A stretch of 64,000 bases of DNA, taken from assembly GCF_024521635.1 (NCBI RefSeq), contig NW_026250418.1, forward strand, positions 62,001 to 126,000, read 5' to 3'. Below, one piece after another: positions 26,011 to 38,876 of this stretch. The position numbers and the translations under genes are program-made. Below the pieces are notes generated by a model that worked only from the letters and a program-made list of their open reading frames with translations, was not told the origin of the DNA and did not search any database. Source of the stretch: Tricharina praecox. Taxonomy: Eukaryota. Numbering within the stretch: the first letter of the stretch is position 1; every line of letters begins with the position of its first letter.

Positions 26011-28289
26011 TAGGCGGTCGCGATTCTGCGCTCAGTGCTCAGTGCTCAGTGCTCGCCCAGCCTCTCCGATCACATCTGTTGTTCTTTACACTTACCTATT
26101 GTAAATTCGAGAGGACCTGGACGAACGTCCCGATGTGCGGAATCGAGCCGAAAATATTGCCAACTCCCTACGGGCCCCTTGGGACTGATGACACGTCTAA
26201 CTAGGTAGAGTGCATACAATGTGCGAGAACGGCGCATTTCCGAGTGGATGAATGACTGGATGCACTGAGGAACGGAGTCATTTCCATGTCCACGTCCTCC
26301 TCCTTCTCGAAGGTACTCCACTCTACATACAGTGCTCACTCCGCTCCGCCCAGTCCCTTTTGCTAGCCAGAATTAGCAGTTTTCGCCTATTGCGCACATC
26401 GTTGTGTGTGCACTGTGAACGATGTTTTGCTATCTAGAGTATTTCGCTGATGCCCACTGCCGACGCGTCGTCGAAATAGGGATGTGTGGGCGGATTCGAT
26501 GTCGGGATAACTAATTGACGGCGGCTGCTTGTTTCGCACTTATGCACCTAGCCCTGCAAGCCGCTAACGGTCAGCTCCGCTCATTCTCAGCCTCCGAAAC
26601 AAGGCGAGTCCTTCCAAAGGCTTCCATCACATGGCTCGTGCCTTCCTTCGCCAATCCTCAATTCCCAATCCTCAATCCTCAACACAAAGATCCTTGCCGG
26701 TTTCCAGGAATGTTGACCGGAGGATTAAGGAGAGCCTCAAAACGGCGGGGTGGGCTGTGGCCAACGGCCCAACAACGCCATGTTTTCCATTCGGTTTGAG
26801 ATTTGAGTTTAACCCTCACAAACTTGAATGGCATCCAATACATACCCGTAGTAGCCCGAACCCTCTGAGTGCAAGATAGACAGGGGAGAACATGATTGTG
26901 GGCGTGTGCACTCCCACACGATGTCGTTGCTGCGAATCGTTGACTCTTCGATGATGGCACTGGATGGCCAGGCTCCCACGAGGAGTACATAGACCGCACG
27001 ACCTCTCGGGGAAAATGGAAGCCTTTCGCTCCGCCCCCTTCCCATCTCGTGGCTTTTTTTTGAGTGTATCTTGCGGCCGATCATAGTTATCTATTCCTCC
27101 GACTCAGCTCACCTCGCCCTCCCGGAGAAGCGAGATGGACAAAAGGAGGAAAAGAAAAGCAAAGGAAAAGAAAAGAAAATACTGCGAAGTCTACATTAAT
27201 ACTCTATAATAAAGCTCTCTTGGCTGATGGGGTAACACCAGCTCCCTGCCTGCCTACCGATCGTACTATTTGTTGGTACAGCACCGTTCGCAATTGTTCA
27301 CTGTGCTCTACGTACCTATCATACCTATGGAGTACTGTACACACCACAGATAGGATATCTACGGAATTGGCTGATCTCGGCCAACACGATCGACCCATAC
27401 TGATACCCATACGGTCGGATTCCCTTTGCGCGCCCGTATGTACATGTACATTAAGTGGTTACTTTAGGTATTTATACATACCGGTAATACTTGCCTGTCT
27501 GCTGGCCATACAGATTTCAGATTTCCCTTTTACATAGGGGCTCCAGCGGCCTGGTTCGTGGGTAACTGGAGTATAGTGTGGTATGTACAATACTATACTC
27601 AGGTACTCTACACGATCTCACAGCCTGTTACGCTAGAGTCGCGTACTCTACAGCAGTCACGGCAGTTCACTATGTGGCTGCAGCCTGCAAGGCATCTCAT
27701 CCTTCGAGATGGAGGGTTCCCGCACCTCCCTCACACATTCACTCATACTATTTCATTCACACACTTTCACCCACACACTCTCACACGCACTCACTCACAT
27801 ACTTTCACTCACACACTTTCACTTACACACACACGCCACATGACACGCACGCAATCGGGTTCTCCCGCCAGCGGCCAGCCCCATCTTTGCTCCGCCCCCC
27901 CCTCCAATCCCCGATGTATCGACTGATATCCCCGAGCGTGATACGGTAGTTGAAGGGAAAAAAAGACAGCCGATGACGAAAAGAAAGGGAAAAAGAGGCT
28001 GCACGTGGATAACGTACTCTACTGCGATGTTGCTTGTTCCATATCCATATCCGAACGAGGCTATGTCACTATCTACTGTATACTGTACAGTACAAGGTGG
28101 TACATAGGTAAGTACCTGTTGCTTCTCGCCTCTTTACACGTCCCCGTGTCTAGAGGAAAGTAGAGTTCCGTAGATATGAATATGCTTCGCTCTCCAAAGC
28201 TACTAGTAGATTTTCACGTGCCTTCCACACACCTATGGTGCGTGCGGTCAAGAAAGGCCATCGATTTGCGGCTCCAATTTCAGGCCAGC

Positions 28290-28690
28290 TAGCAGCCGGC
28301 TAAAACGGCGGACGGTCCGAGCCTGGGACGGACGGGTCGGTCCCCGTCACGTGATCATATTCTTATCACTCGTCCCAATAAGGGCATACACTAGCCGTTT
28401 GCAGATACGCGAGTGAGATATAATGATATGTTTTGTGTGGGGATCAACTACCGTTGGCCAGTACAGCGCACAAAATTGCCAAGTCTTCCTCACGCTGTTG
28501 CTGTGAGAAGGAGTAGTATCCGGACTTGAGAGCCTAAGGTACACGCTCGAAATCAGGTTTTTGCCCAAGGCTTCGCAGCGGACGGCCGTCGACTGGCGCC
28601 CGTCAGGTCGTAGGGCTCGGACGGGCGGTAGGCACGCCGTCCGTCTTCGTCCAAGGTCCAGGACAGACGGACTGAACGATAGAAACGCTG
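28290..28690. mobile_element. Non-autonomous GGAC-rich element homologous to 60-362
   Basis: Shared words listed for 60-362; ggacgg-rich blocks at both ends; left boundary uncertain. Confidence 0.55.
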
Positions 28691-28706
28691 TGGAAATTAT
28701 TCTCTA

Positions 28707-30506
28707 GTGCACCAAACTCTCTTGAATTTAGTGGTTACATGTACCTACTCGGTTAGAGTATGAACAACTTTTCGCACCCGGAACTCAGCTGTTCAACAAC
28801 CATCCGCAATACCTATGGGCCGCCGATCCAGACACCACCAGTAGCGCATGAATTCTTTGGGCCATGTCCAGAATCAGGGAAGAAAAAAAAAGATATACTC
28901 CAGTAGCCTCCGACCTCCACGCTCCTCAACATCTGATAATAGTTCGTCTCAGGATACAGCTACTCCGCTCGAGATATCCGCAACATCAAGCGGTTTTCTT
29001 CTTCGATAACGCCACCAATCATGCTGCCTATGCAGAAGACGCACTCTATATACCGGTATTCAACAAAGGACGAGGTTAGGGTATCGTGATTTCTGAGTAC
29101 CTCACGCCCAGCGAGATTCTTGCATGGATTGTGGCTGTTGTGTCCGTAGGTTGCATCCTGATCGCAGAAGAGGCTGCGTACCACGAGGTCCAAGGTTGAG
29201 TCGTTCCGCGCGGAGTACGTCTTCTGCATAGGCAGCATGATTGGTGGCGTTATCGAAGAAGAAACTCGCTTGATGATCAGAATACCGCTGTTCGAAAGAG
29301 AGAATCGTCAGATCCTTGAGCTGAGCGATCATGTCATCACAAGTCCAATAGCCTTCCTTCCCAAAATCCCGGATTTGAGTACATTCCCGGAATGTATCAC
29401 CATCAGGTGTCAAGTGTTCCGAAACCATCATACCATAACCCCGTCCTTTGTTGAAAAACGGGATATGATCGTCGTCCACCCCAGCTTCACCATCAATCAC
29501 TCGTCTACTATCGGTAGAGTTGAAGGTGCATTCGTCGTGGGTAACGGGAACACGCGGGCGGATAGCCGGGGGTAGCGGTGCCGTAGGGGGTTTCCTGAGA
29601 TACGTTCCGGCAGAGAATCCGTCGCTGGTAACAGTTCGAACTGGACAAAGGTGGGTTCGAGCTGTGCGAGCTGGGGAAGGAAAACTTCGTTCCGATAAGC
29701 CACCACATCGGGCCGTTCGTGGCCGTCCTTGTACATGCCTTCCCGAAGGTCTTTCCATGAGTATCCACATCTGTGAAACCACTCGATTGCCGTCCGCTCA
29801 GCGAGTTTCTTGTCTTTGTGCTCGGGCAGCTCGGAGTCCGTCCAGAACTGTGTTACTGCGTTTGCAGAGCCAGGAGCACTACTTCGACTCTTCGAGTGCT
29901 CTCCCAAGTCGAAGAGCCGGTATGATAGAAGATTCTGTGGGCGGCGGTTCGGAAGAAGACCGGGAAGGGCAAGGATCGCTTCGAGGTCTGAGACCTTTTC
30001 GTAGACGAGCGATGTAGCCAGCCAATCAATCCTGGACTTTCTCGTCACCATGACGTGAACAGGCGCATCCCGGAGGTTGCTGAGGAAGACGCAGCCAGTA
30101 GGGTGTCGGAATGGGAGCTGAGGGAGCGAGAGGAAAGACAGGTGGAGATGAGGCGAGAGGAGAAGGAGGGTGGTGAGGTCGAGGAGCCGGGTCATCCCTG
30201 CTGTTCCTCCCCACCCCTCCCTCGTGTCATCTTCTGACGAAAAGGCAGGGAGGCGAAGGTTTGGCGAGCGGACACTTTCTTTCCCTAGCTTTATTTTCTT
30301 GGTGCGCTCTACATGTATATTGGGGGAAAGGCTAGGGCGGACGGTAGGGGAACCGACAACGGACCGCCGACTTCGGTCGGGTCTAGATGGTGGACAAGGA
30401 AACAGCGTGTGTATTACCATGGTCTAGATGAGTCACAATCAAGTAATGACTAGACAAAAAAACACTTTTGCTCTTGCCCAATAATATCTATGCAAGTTAT
30501 GTGCAC
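28707..30506 (-). mobile_element. Decayed IS630/Tc1/mariner-type DNA transposon with degenerate TIRs
   Basis: Contains the transposase pseudogene below; gtgcaccaaactctcttgaatttagtgg (28707-28734) resembles the reverse complement of 30478-30506 (gtgcacataacttgcatagatattattgg). Confidence 0.6.
29102..30050 (-). pseudogene. Frameshifted, 3'-truncated DDE transposase
   Basis: Frame 1: GEHSKSRS...ERTAIEWFHRCGYSW...GMYKDGHERPDVVAYRNEVFLP; after a frameshift near 29600, frame 2: VTHDECTF...KGRGYGMMVSEHLTP...GKEGYWTCDDMIAQL...FFFDNATNHAAYAEDVLRAERLNLGP. These motifs are typical of fungal Tc1-like DDE transposases; the third catalytic region is missing. Confidence 0.85.
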
Positions 30507-32400
30507 CCTCTCTGGCCACGTATGCACACGCCGGACGCCGAAGAGGTCCTATCGTAATCCACCTCTACGATATCGCAGATCCTACTTGCTTGAGAAGTGC
30601 GCTGCTCCTCCTCTCTTCGTCTTTAGAGTGTGCTAGACCTTCAAACTTTGGATCTCTAATTCCCTCCACCGTAACGCAGAAGCATAATCGGTTCTCGACT
30701 CCATGAAACCTACATTCCAGTCACAGTAAACTGCGGCCGTAGAGTAGATTGCACTACTTTGCGCTGTAGGCTCCCAGTTTCATCCTTCGTGTTCACCTCA
30801 AACGCTGGATGATATCCTCCGCCAAAGCATTAGTTAGGGCCGAGCCTTGCTTTAGGCTTTCTGGTAGTCATCCGCACTTCATTTGATTGAGTGACTGGTA
30901 TTTCATACAGCATAACCTTAACGTTATGGCCGGTAGAGGTCTGTATCCACAATAAAGGATTTGACAAAGAAATTTCACCACTACCAAACCCCAGAAACAG
31001 AAATGCCAGTCCGGTTCCCTCTGCCCTCGCAATCTTTGCAAGTCAGCCTCCGAAGAGGCTCGAGTTGTCCGTTTTGCGCTGTAGCGGCGCGTGGTAGCCG
31101 TCCTCTTCCCCAAAATTCACCCACTCGGTATGTTCTATTCTCAACATAGCCAGTCTGGCGGACACGGCATGGTACTCGGAAGGAATCGTCGTCTCGGGGG
31201 TTTACGTAGCTGTCGAGGCCGGGGGCCCGATGATTGGCGCGTATCTGGATCGAAGGCGGGATTGGTGAAATGCCATTGTCGTGGTTCGTCGTGGTCCATG
31301 CGCAAGACGCCGAGCCCCTTCCTTGGAGTTCACACTGCTCCTCGCCGTCGTCAGCTCTCCTCTGCACTTCATTTCACTTGGTGGGCTAAATACCTCCAGC
31401 TATGATCTCCAACCACAGCAATTCAGTCCAGGGCACCGGCTTTCGAGAGGAGCTTGAGTCACCGTCCATCGATCATCGATGATAGGCGCCCGCCAGGCTA
31501 TGACTATGAGGCCCAGCCAACACCCTCGGGGATCCTACCGTTCTTAGGCATCAGCTCGATACCTAGTTTCCCGATATATGATGCACCATCGGACTAGCGG
31601 TAGTGGGGAGGACGACTGTTTGGCAACCCGGTACGGTGTTATTAATTCTGGAGATTACTGTGGAGGCGATGATTCGTTTGTTCTTTTCCCTCATACTTCG
31701 ACGGAGTAGTCAGGGAGACGGAGACGGGTAGATAATGGCAATAGGAAGGAAGCTAAATGAGAGGGAAGTGCCAACGGCGCTGGGGGGGGGGGGGGGGGGG
31801 GGGGACATAGAAGAAAACGGCGTGTATGTGCTAGGTAGTTAGTCCTGAGCGGTGAACGATATACGCACCGGGTATCCTAGGCCTCCACTAGGCCCTGCTC
31901 TTGTAATTGATTCGCTGTGCTGGTGACATGATTCGAATCCTCATGGCGATCTCTGCTCGCCTCGTCTGGCTATCAGCTATCATTTGGTGAGGGACCGTAG
32001 AACGTCTGCACTGAGCGCCGAGACCATCAACACCGCTCTCCGCTTATAACTTATTCGAACAACTTATTACGGGCCAGTCTGACCGGAAATGATACAGAAA
32101 AGGTACGAATCCGTGTCTTGGTGTTGCCATATCAGCACCGCGCGTACAAGGCTGTGTACGCAAGCCGCCGTTTGTCCATACTTTTCCGTGGGTTTGTACT
32201 CTACATGCCATTATTCCTGCCGTGAACATTCTTGTTGTTGGCAATATGTTTCGAAGTTGCGAGATCACCACATACCGAGTCTGCGGATCCGTATGCGCTT
32301 CTCGCGAGAGAAGAAGCTCCCAGAGACGTCGCCAGCTCGACTTCCAAAGCATAGGTAATGAGGCTTCTAGGGTTTGTCCGAATGCCGAAAGCCTTATGTA

Positions 32401-33043
32401 AAGTACCAGGTCAAAAGTTTTCGTACACCTCCCCAAAAGCGCCACCACACCACAGACATATATCTGTATAACACAACAACCACACTTAAGAGAGTACTAA
32501 CAATTGGCATTTATCATGAATATATACTAATAAAGCTTCAATGAGATTTCCAGCTCGCCGGGCGGATTATTTTATGCGAAGTAGAGTGGCTTGGCGGATT
32601 TCCCTTTCACCGAGGTAGGTCATTTCCCGCCATAGATACAGCAACCATAAGGTAGTATAAAAGTATGTGGACCATTAGAAGGTCTTCCAAATCAGGTAGA
32701 GAGCCTAGATTGAAATCGGCACATAATTCTAACTGGTGGTGGTTGAGTAATGCCATATGGGAGAGAAGTTGGTGCTGAAACTGGTTGTCACGCAATAATT
32801 TTGTATGGGGGCCCCATACAAAATCTGAAATCACTCTCCAACCTGTGCACAACACCGTACCATGCGCCACCAATCCGAAGAAAAAGTCGTCAGACTTCTT
32901 ATATGTGATGCATCCTGCGATTCTAAAGCTTCTATGAAAGACTCGATTTTTTTCCGCCACGTGAAGGGTGGGTTTTGGTTACTTGAAAATGGGCCTTTTT
33001 GGTGTAAAACGGCCATCGTACGAAAACTTTTGACCTAGTACTT
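32401..33043. mobile_element. Tc1/mariner-type MITE, ~643 bp, TA target duplication
   Basis: TIRs aagtaccaggtcaaaagttttcgtac (32401-32426) / gtacgaaaacttttgacctagtactt (33018-33043), 1 mismatch; TA on both flanks; AT-rich interior without a credible ORF. Confidence 0.85.
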
Positions 33044-36000
33044 TACTATACCATCGGCATCCTGAAGAGCCAGGGCTTAGCCGTCCCAGTCTCCCGGATC
33101 CCGGTTCAGCGTAATTATTACGCTTATCCTTGTGCACATCCACGTACTCTACATACAACTCTTTATCCAAACTCCGGTAGGTAGAGTAAGTACCAAGTAC
33201 TACATATCACGCCTTGCGGACGCCATACGTACCAGCGTTAATCCTCCACTGCGGTAAGGGATATATCCGGCCAGCTTTTGACGTCGCCCCATACACGGCC
33301 TCTGGACGCACCAATTGAGCGCATGCTAAGACAGTATGTATCTAGGTGACTCCGGAGCATTGCCTATGACACGCTGCGCATGGCAGGTATTAGGTATCCG
33401 GACATGCAGCCTTTTCTTAGACATGAAGCCTTTCCTTGATCAGCAGTTTTTCATCCAGGATCTCCGATTTGAGCGAAGATTTGCATTCTACTCTAGAAAT
33501 TCCATCGTGCCGAATGACTGCAATAGGTATTATCTACTACGAATAGTGGCAGTCGCACCAAGAGGTGTCCGCATACACTTGAAGCCAGGTAGTAGATGAC
33601 AGCTGGCTTCCTACGGACGGGCGTCTTAAGTTGTAATCCCTACGTATTCCTACGACGACGACTGCGGAGTTTGAATTTCCCCGAGTAGAGTTATGCCGAG
33701 TGTGCGGCAACGTGGTGTACGCAACTGTGCTTACATACAGGTGATGTGAATATGACAACATGCCCAACTCTCGGAAACCATCGTATCCGTAGGCATGTGC
33801 TAAGATGTCGGAACGGGATTTTCGATGGCGTATATAAAGGTAGTCAGCCCTCCTGCGTGCAGATTGTTCTGAAAGGTTTCTATGCTGATGGGGGTTGGAC
33901 ATCACTCAGTTCTCCAACAAACAAACGACTCCAGCGCATGCCATCTCCCTGCCTACATGCAAACATCCAGGCCGTCCACCAATCATCATACATGACCGCA
34001 AACGACAGAACTTTCACAACAGCACTCGTACATGCTGCAAACAGCCATCCGTGTTGGGGATTTATGTAGTGAAGGATTATTTGCCATACCAGTAGTGTGT
34101 TACCAAAAAAGAGTTCAACCGATTGAGTCGACCGGCAGCGAAAACGTCGATTGCACAACAGACCGGCCAAAGGAGATGTAACCACTAGCTGGACATTCAC
34201 AGGAGATAGAGCTGTTGGATGCGCATGTCAGCTAGGAAGAGCAACTTGCACTTCCCCAACACTGCACTGGGCACTTGGAAATTGGGTGAGTGCATTCAGT
34301 ACCCACTGCTTAAGCCACCCAAGCACGTTGGAGCACAGTAGCTATTACCTACCGTATTGCACCTTCATCCGAGCTCAATTCCAAGCGACCTACATCTCCA
34401 CAATGCAAAATGCATATGGTCCACAGCGGTAGGTACGTGTTCGTTGCTCGCCCAAGCTCCGCGCTCTTCATAAAGAGTTCCTTGGCTCCTAAGGTTGATG
34501 GGGCTGTTGGGACGTGCTTTAAATCCTATCAAACCTAGCAATCCGCTTCTGTTACATACATGCCAGCAACACCCGTCGCCGCCCTCTCGAGCCTTAATAT
34601 TCCCAAAAATTACCTACTTTCGACGTCATTTGCCGTGCGATGGCATTTTCTTATTTCGTCACCATTCGCATAGTTACAGCCATCTTGACGATGGTGAAGC
34701 ACAATGTCCGAGACTCAGAGTACCCATCCTGCCTGCAGTTCAAATAATCGATTCGGTGTAGCGTCCCTCCCCTGCTCATTGGCCATGCGACTGACGCGAT
34801 CCCCGAGCCTCTGTTGCGACTCTGCATCGATCTATGAAATCATCACTGGCTCATCCGGATCTCGACATGGGGGCGCTTTTGAAGCTTCACCTTGTTTTCA
34901 GCCAACTCAGCCCTCTTCAACAGGTTTCATTTCGGAAATTTACTCCATACGGTGTTTGCTCGACATCAGTGGCCTGCCTACTTACTGCGGCGTCGATTGT
35001 CGCTTTCGAGCTTCATCTTACTCTAACCTCCTCTATCAATGGCATTAACGCGTCTTGCGTCCATGCATGTTCGCGTCCCTACAACGAGCTTAAATGCATT
35101 TATTCGGCTACGGCTTAAATTGCTAACCGTATCAAACAACCCTTACTCGAACCAGTCGCTATTGGAAACATTCCACCTTCCCCGTTATCCTCCCTGCCCC
35201 CCAGCCTTCGAGTCAGCTCTAATCCCTTGAATCCCTCGAATTCCGGCCCGACGTCGAGAGTTAACTCGGACATCAACACTTCAGCACCCACGCCATCCAT
35301 ACAAATTCCAACCGCTACATACCTCCGCGCCGCAATGCGTACGTCAACGTTCGGCGACTACACAAGCGCGATGGAGCTTTTGGCGTTGGCGACGTTCAGC
35401 TGATTCAGGCGTACGCAGCCACACCTTTCGCCTGAACCGTGCCGAAGTCATGTTGCTTTAAAGCTTCAGCTGAAGAGGAGCGTATGGAATGTGCGCAGGC
35501 ATCTCCATGATGGAGTACAGCCTGGCGTCTGTGTGCTTCGAGAATGGATATAAACAGCCGATGCAATCTCGACTCTTGGGCTACCTACTCTGCTTCGAAC
35601 CGATTTGCATCGAGATGGTTAACCGAGTTTGAAAACTTTACTAGTTAGCCCTTGCCGATATGACTGAGTCAGAAGACTTAGCCTTAGGCTCGGCCACCGA
35701 TCCTCAACTGAGGATAGCATCCGGCGAGGAAAGACTCGAATACAACAGTGACTCGCTGCAGCTGCAGTCCGACCATCTTACTTATATCGGCCGGTCCCCG
35801 TCCGTCCGTATGGGCGCAGTTTACGATTTTTATCTGTTTCGACACGGGGGGCGTTCGCATCGCCACCGAAAACGATGGATTTTGCTCACCACTTCGAAAA
35901 ACGAGTATCAATTCCATCGCCATGGCTCGCCGATTCGGGACTTTGGTCCTTGCAGTCAGTCTTGGATCCTCGGTCCAGTTGAAGGCAAGCAGTTTGGTCG

Positions 36001-36579
36001 CCTAACATGACTGAAACGTCCGAAACACCAACCGCGTGGCCTTCAGGAGGCCGTGGAAAGGATGTTCACCGAGGATGTCAACGCCAGGCAGGCTTCCCAT
36101 CGTATGTTGAAACACTTTCCTCAGGGGGGGGGGGCGAATCTGCATGCTGCGGAGTTGTAGTCACGAGCGGAGACACTGTAATCTTGACTCATAGATCACA
36201 TCATCCCGCCCATCCCCGCTCATCCCGCTCATCCCACTCATCGCAGCCATCTCACACAACCTGACACAACTTCTCTCCATCTCTGCATCTCGACTTCCAC
36301 ATCTGTGAATCTCAACTTCCCCATCACTGATGTATAGTTTCCGCTTCACCCGGTCTACTCGACTCATTCAGGCTCCAACGAATATTGGTCAGCGGGGGTG
36401 GGAGCGGGCAGTTTCGCTTGTAAGCTGTATCGCATACCCGCCGGTTATTTTTGTGGTATGTATGTATGTCGACTCATCGGCCTCCCTGGCACAGCATAAT
36501 CATATTTCATACTGATGGTTCCCAGCTCTAACTAACCGGTTGAAAGCTGCCATGACCTACGTTGCACTCACGGCGGCTC

Positions 36580-36750
36580 ACTCGGAGTCCGTATTCCTCA
36601 GTCCAGTCCGGACTGCAGCCCAGACGGCGCGGACTGCCGTCGTTCGGTCCAGTCCAGTCCAGCAAATTCTTTCGACTGTCGAGGGTCAGCCCGTCTAGTC
36701 CAGTGCTCGGTTAGACTACCTAGGTAGGTAGTCCGTCCTCAGTCGACCGC
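36580..36750. mobile_element. Degenerate remnant of the ggact/agtcc MITE family
   Basis: cagtccagtccggactgcagcccagacggcgcggactgcc resembles 709-736 and 25465-25497; no intact TIR. Confidence 0.55.
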
Positions 36751-38033
36751 AGTTGACTCCACACGCTTTTTGGAAAACGCTCCTGTCACTCGGCCATGTC
36801 AGAGGAATCACCCTGTCACTGCCATTTCGATGAAATACACCTTATCACTCAGCCTTCCGAAGGCTGGAGTCGGAAGGGGAGCTGAGGAAAGGAAGGAAGG
36901 AAGGAGGGAGGGATCACCGGAGCGATTCAGTATCACTGCGAGCGGAAGATTGTCGAGTGCGGATGCGGCGTTTTAGGGGGGCTTTGGAGAAGGCGGGAGG
37001 AGTCTAGCCTCTTTGATGATGGATCGCCACGCATAATATCAGAGTGGACGCTGGGGAAATGGATGGCCTTGGAGGGGAGGTCAATGGGAAGGAACGGAGA
37101 GAAGGCCCATGAGCGGAATTCGAATCAGTATATATAGCCACGGTCCACGGAAAAAGACGAACTTGTTGCCACGAATGAACTATGCCGGATATGAGGCAAC
37201 TACGGAAAGGGAAAGATAGGAAAGGGAGCGAAAGGAAAGGGAATAGAAGGAAAGGGAATGAGGAAGCAAAGGGAACGACGACTGAATTTAACAACGGCAA
37301 ACCAGTATAGGTACCACAATTCGCAATACATTCTCTCGTCCAGAGATCCTTTCCACTACCCGCTTCCTCGACATTGGAGCACGCCCGATGAACAGTGCAT
37401 ACCGTAGCCGAGGATGGCGTTATCCCTACCGACGACAACGATGCCTTTGAAGCTATTTGGTGACAAGCTACCAGGCATCATTCCTCTCGCGACCGTCTCC
37501 ATTCCTCTCACAGGCGACAGATCCGCTATACTAAAGTAGGCCGATGAGGATGCCGCAGGAAGACTGGAGATTTTGCGGTATCAATTATCACACTTCGGCC
37601 TTCCCCGGCCCCGTATGAGTGTGAATGGCACAATGTTGTTCTGATACCTACCATGGACCAGGGAGGAGTCGAAGGTTTATGCAACTCTCGACCACTAGAA
37701 TCCCTAACCCTACCCCTATAGAGTATTGTGACTGTCACACGCACGATAACAACTCTGTCCTCCCGCGCCTGCGGGAGTCATACATATGGGGTATCCAACT
37801 TTTCCTCATGGACGACAGTGGGTGCCTCAATTGACCGAATATCTGCTTCAATTCTGTACGTCTACTTTTTTCCCTCCTCCAGCGCACTCAGGGACGATCA
37901 TTGGCCCCAATCCCCTCGATGAGTGTTAACCATGCAATTAGGGCGGCATTTGAGTTGCACGATTGGCTCATCAGTGTCAGACATTGAGCTTGTGACATTC
38001 AAAACAACGATACATCGAGGAGGACGCGTGGCG

Positions 38034-38140
38034 TACAACAAGACGCGACTGAGAACCATATTACATATCCACGGCAGAAAAGGGAATACAACAAGACGCG
38101 ACTCAGATCCAGATTACATATCCACCGCGAAAAGAAAATA
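38034..38140. repeat. 53-bp imperfect tandem duplication in putative 3' UTR of 38384-38566
   Basis: tacaacaagacgcgact...ttacatatccac at 38034 and 38087. Confidence 0.8.
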
Positions 38141-38383
38141 CACGATAGAGAAAAACCGAGCACACGGCATCGTACAAATACACATCAAAGCTGCAATACA
38201 ACACCGACCGAAAAGAGACAACATAATGACAAATGACACCAGCAACCCCTTCCCTTCTAACCAGACCTCTAACGACAATAGAAAAAAGCACTGTCGAACC
38301 CAACCCAACCGATGCACCGAGATGATGACATGACAGCCGAGAAAGAAATAAAGAACCGAGGCGAAAATCGAACCAGATAAACA

Positions 38384-38566
38384 CTACTTCTTCGGCGACT
38401 GGAATTTGAGATCGAAGTCCCTCAATGACTGGTCGGCGTGGTTGCCGGGTTGGTTGTACCCCGGGACGGGCACGCGCTGGCGCCAGCCTTCCACGGACAC
38501 ACCGGTGGGTCGGCTGGCGGCGTGACCGGACTGCGCAGCCGCATCGGGACGGGTCGAGGAAGGCAT
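38384..38566 (-). CDS. 60-aa microprotein, GW-x-x-RV-x-x-PG family member
   Basis: MPSSTRPDAAAQSGHAASRPTGVSVEGWRQRVPVPGYNQPGNHADQSLRDFDLKFQSPKK*; TATAAAA at 38870-38876 (minus) followed by an ATG-free leader; ungapped homology to paralogs. Confidence 0.75.
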   Translation of the reverse strand: MPSSTRPDAAAQSGHAASRPTGVSVEGWRQRVPVPGYNQPGNHADQSLRDFDLKFQSPKK

Positions 38567-38869
38567 TTCGATGAAGTCGGTTGCAGTTGAGAGTTAAGAG
38601 TGGTCGACTTGTGTTTGGCGGGAGGTTGGTAGCGACAACCTAATTCGACGATGACGAAGAGGCGATGGACTCGGGCTCAGGAGCGAGAAGAGATGAGAAG
38701 TGTGTGCGGGGCGGCGATGAAGAGGAAGAGGAAGAGGCGATGAGCGTTTGCGGTCGCAATGGAAGAGATGAGGAAACAACAACCCTCTTGTACTGATGAT
38801 GGGTGGTGGTGGGGAGAGTAGCGAAGCTGGACGAGATGGGCACAACCAAGAACTGTCGAGGGTCGAGCA

Positions 38870-38876
38870 TTTTATA
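38870..38876 (-). promoter_or_regulatory. TATA box (TATAAAA) for 38384-38566
   Basis: Canonical TATA ~300 nt upstream of the ATG with a CT-rich leader. Confidence 0.55.

Noticed and set aside
33850..35600. Possible decayed NB-ARC/TPR (NLR) pseudogene (IVLKG..GG.DITQF; MMEYSLASVCFENGY)
   Set aside because: Resemblance too faint and broken to support without a BLASTx/HMM search
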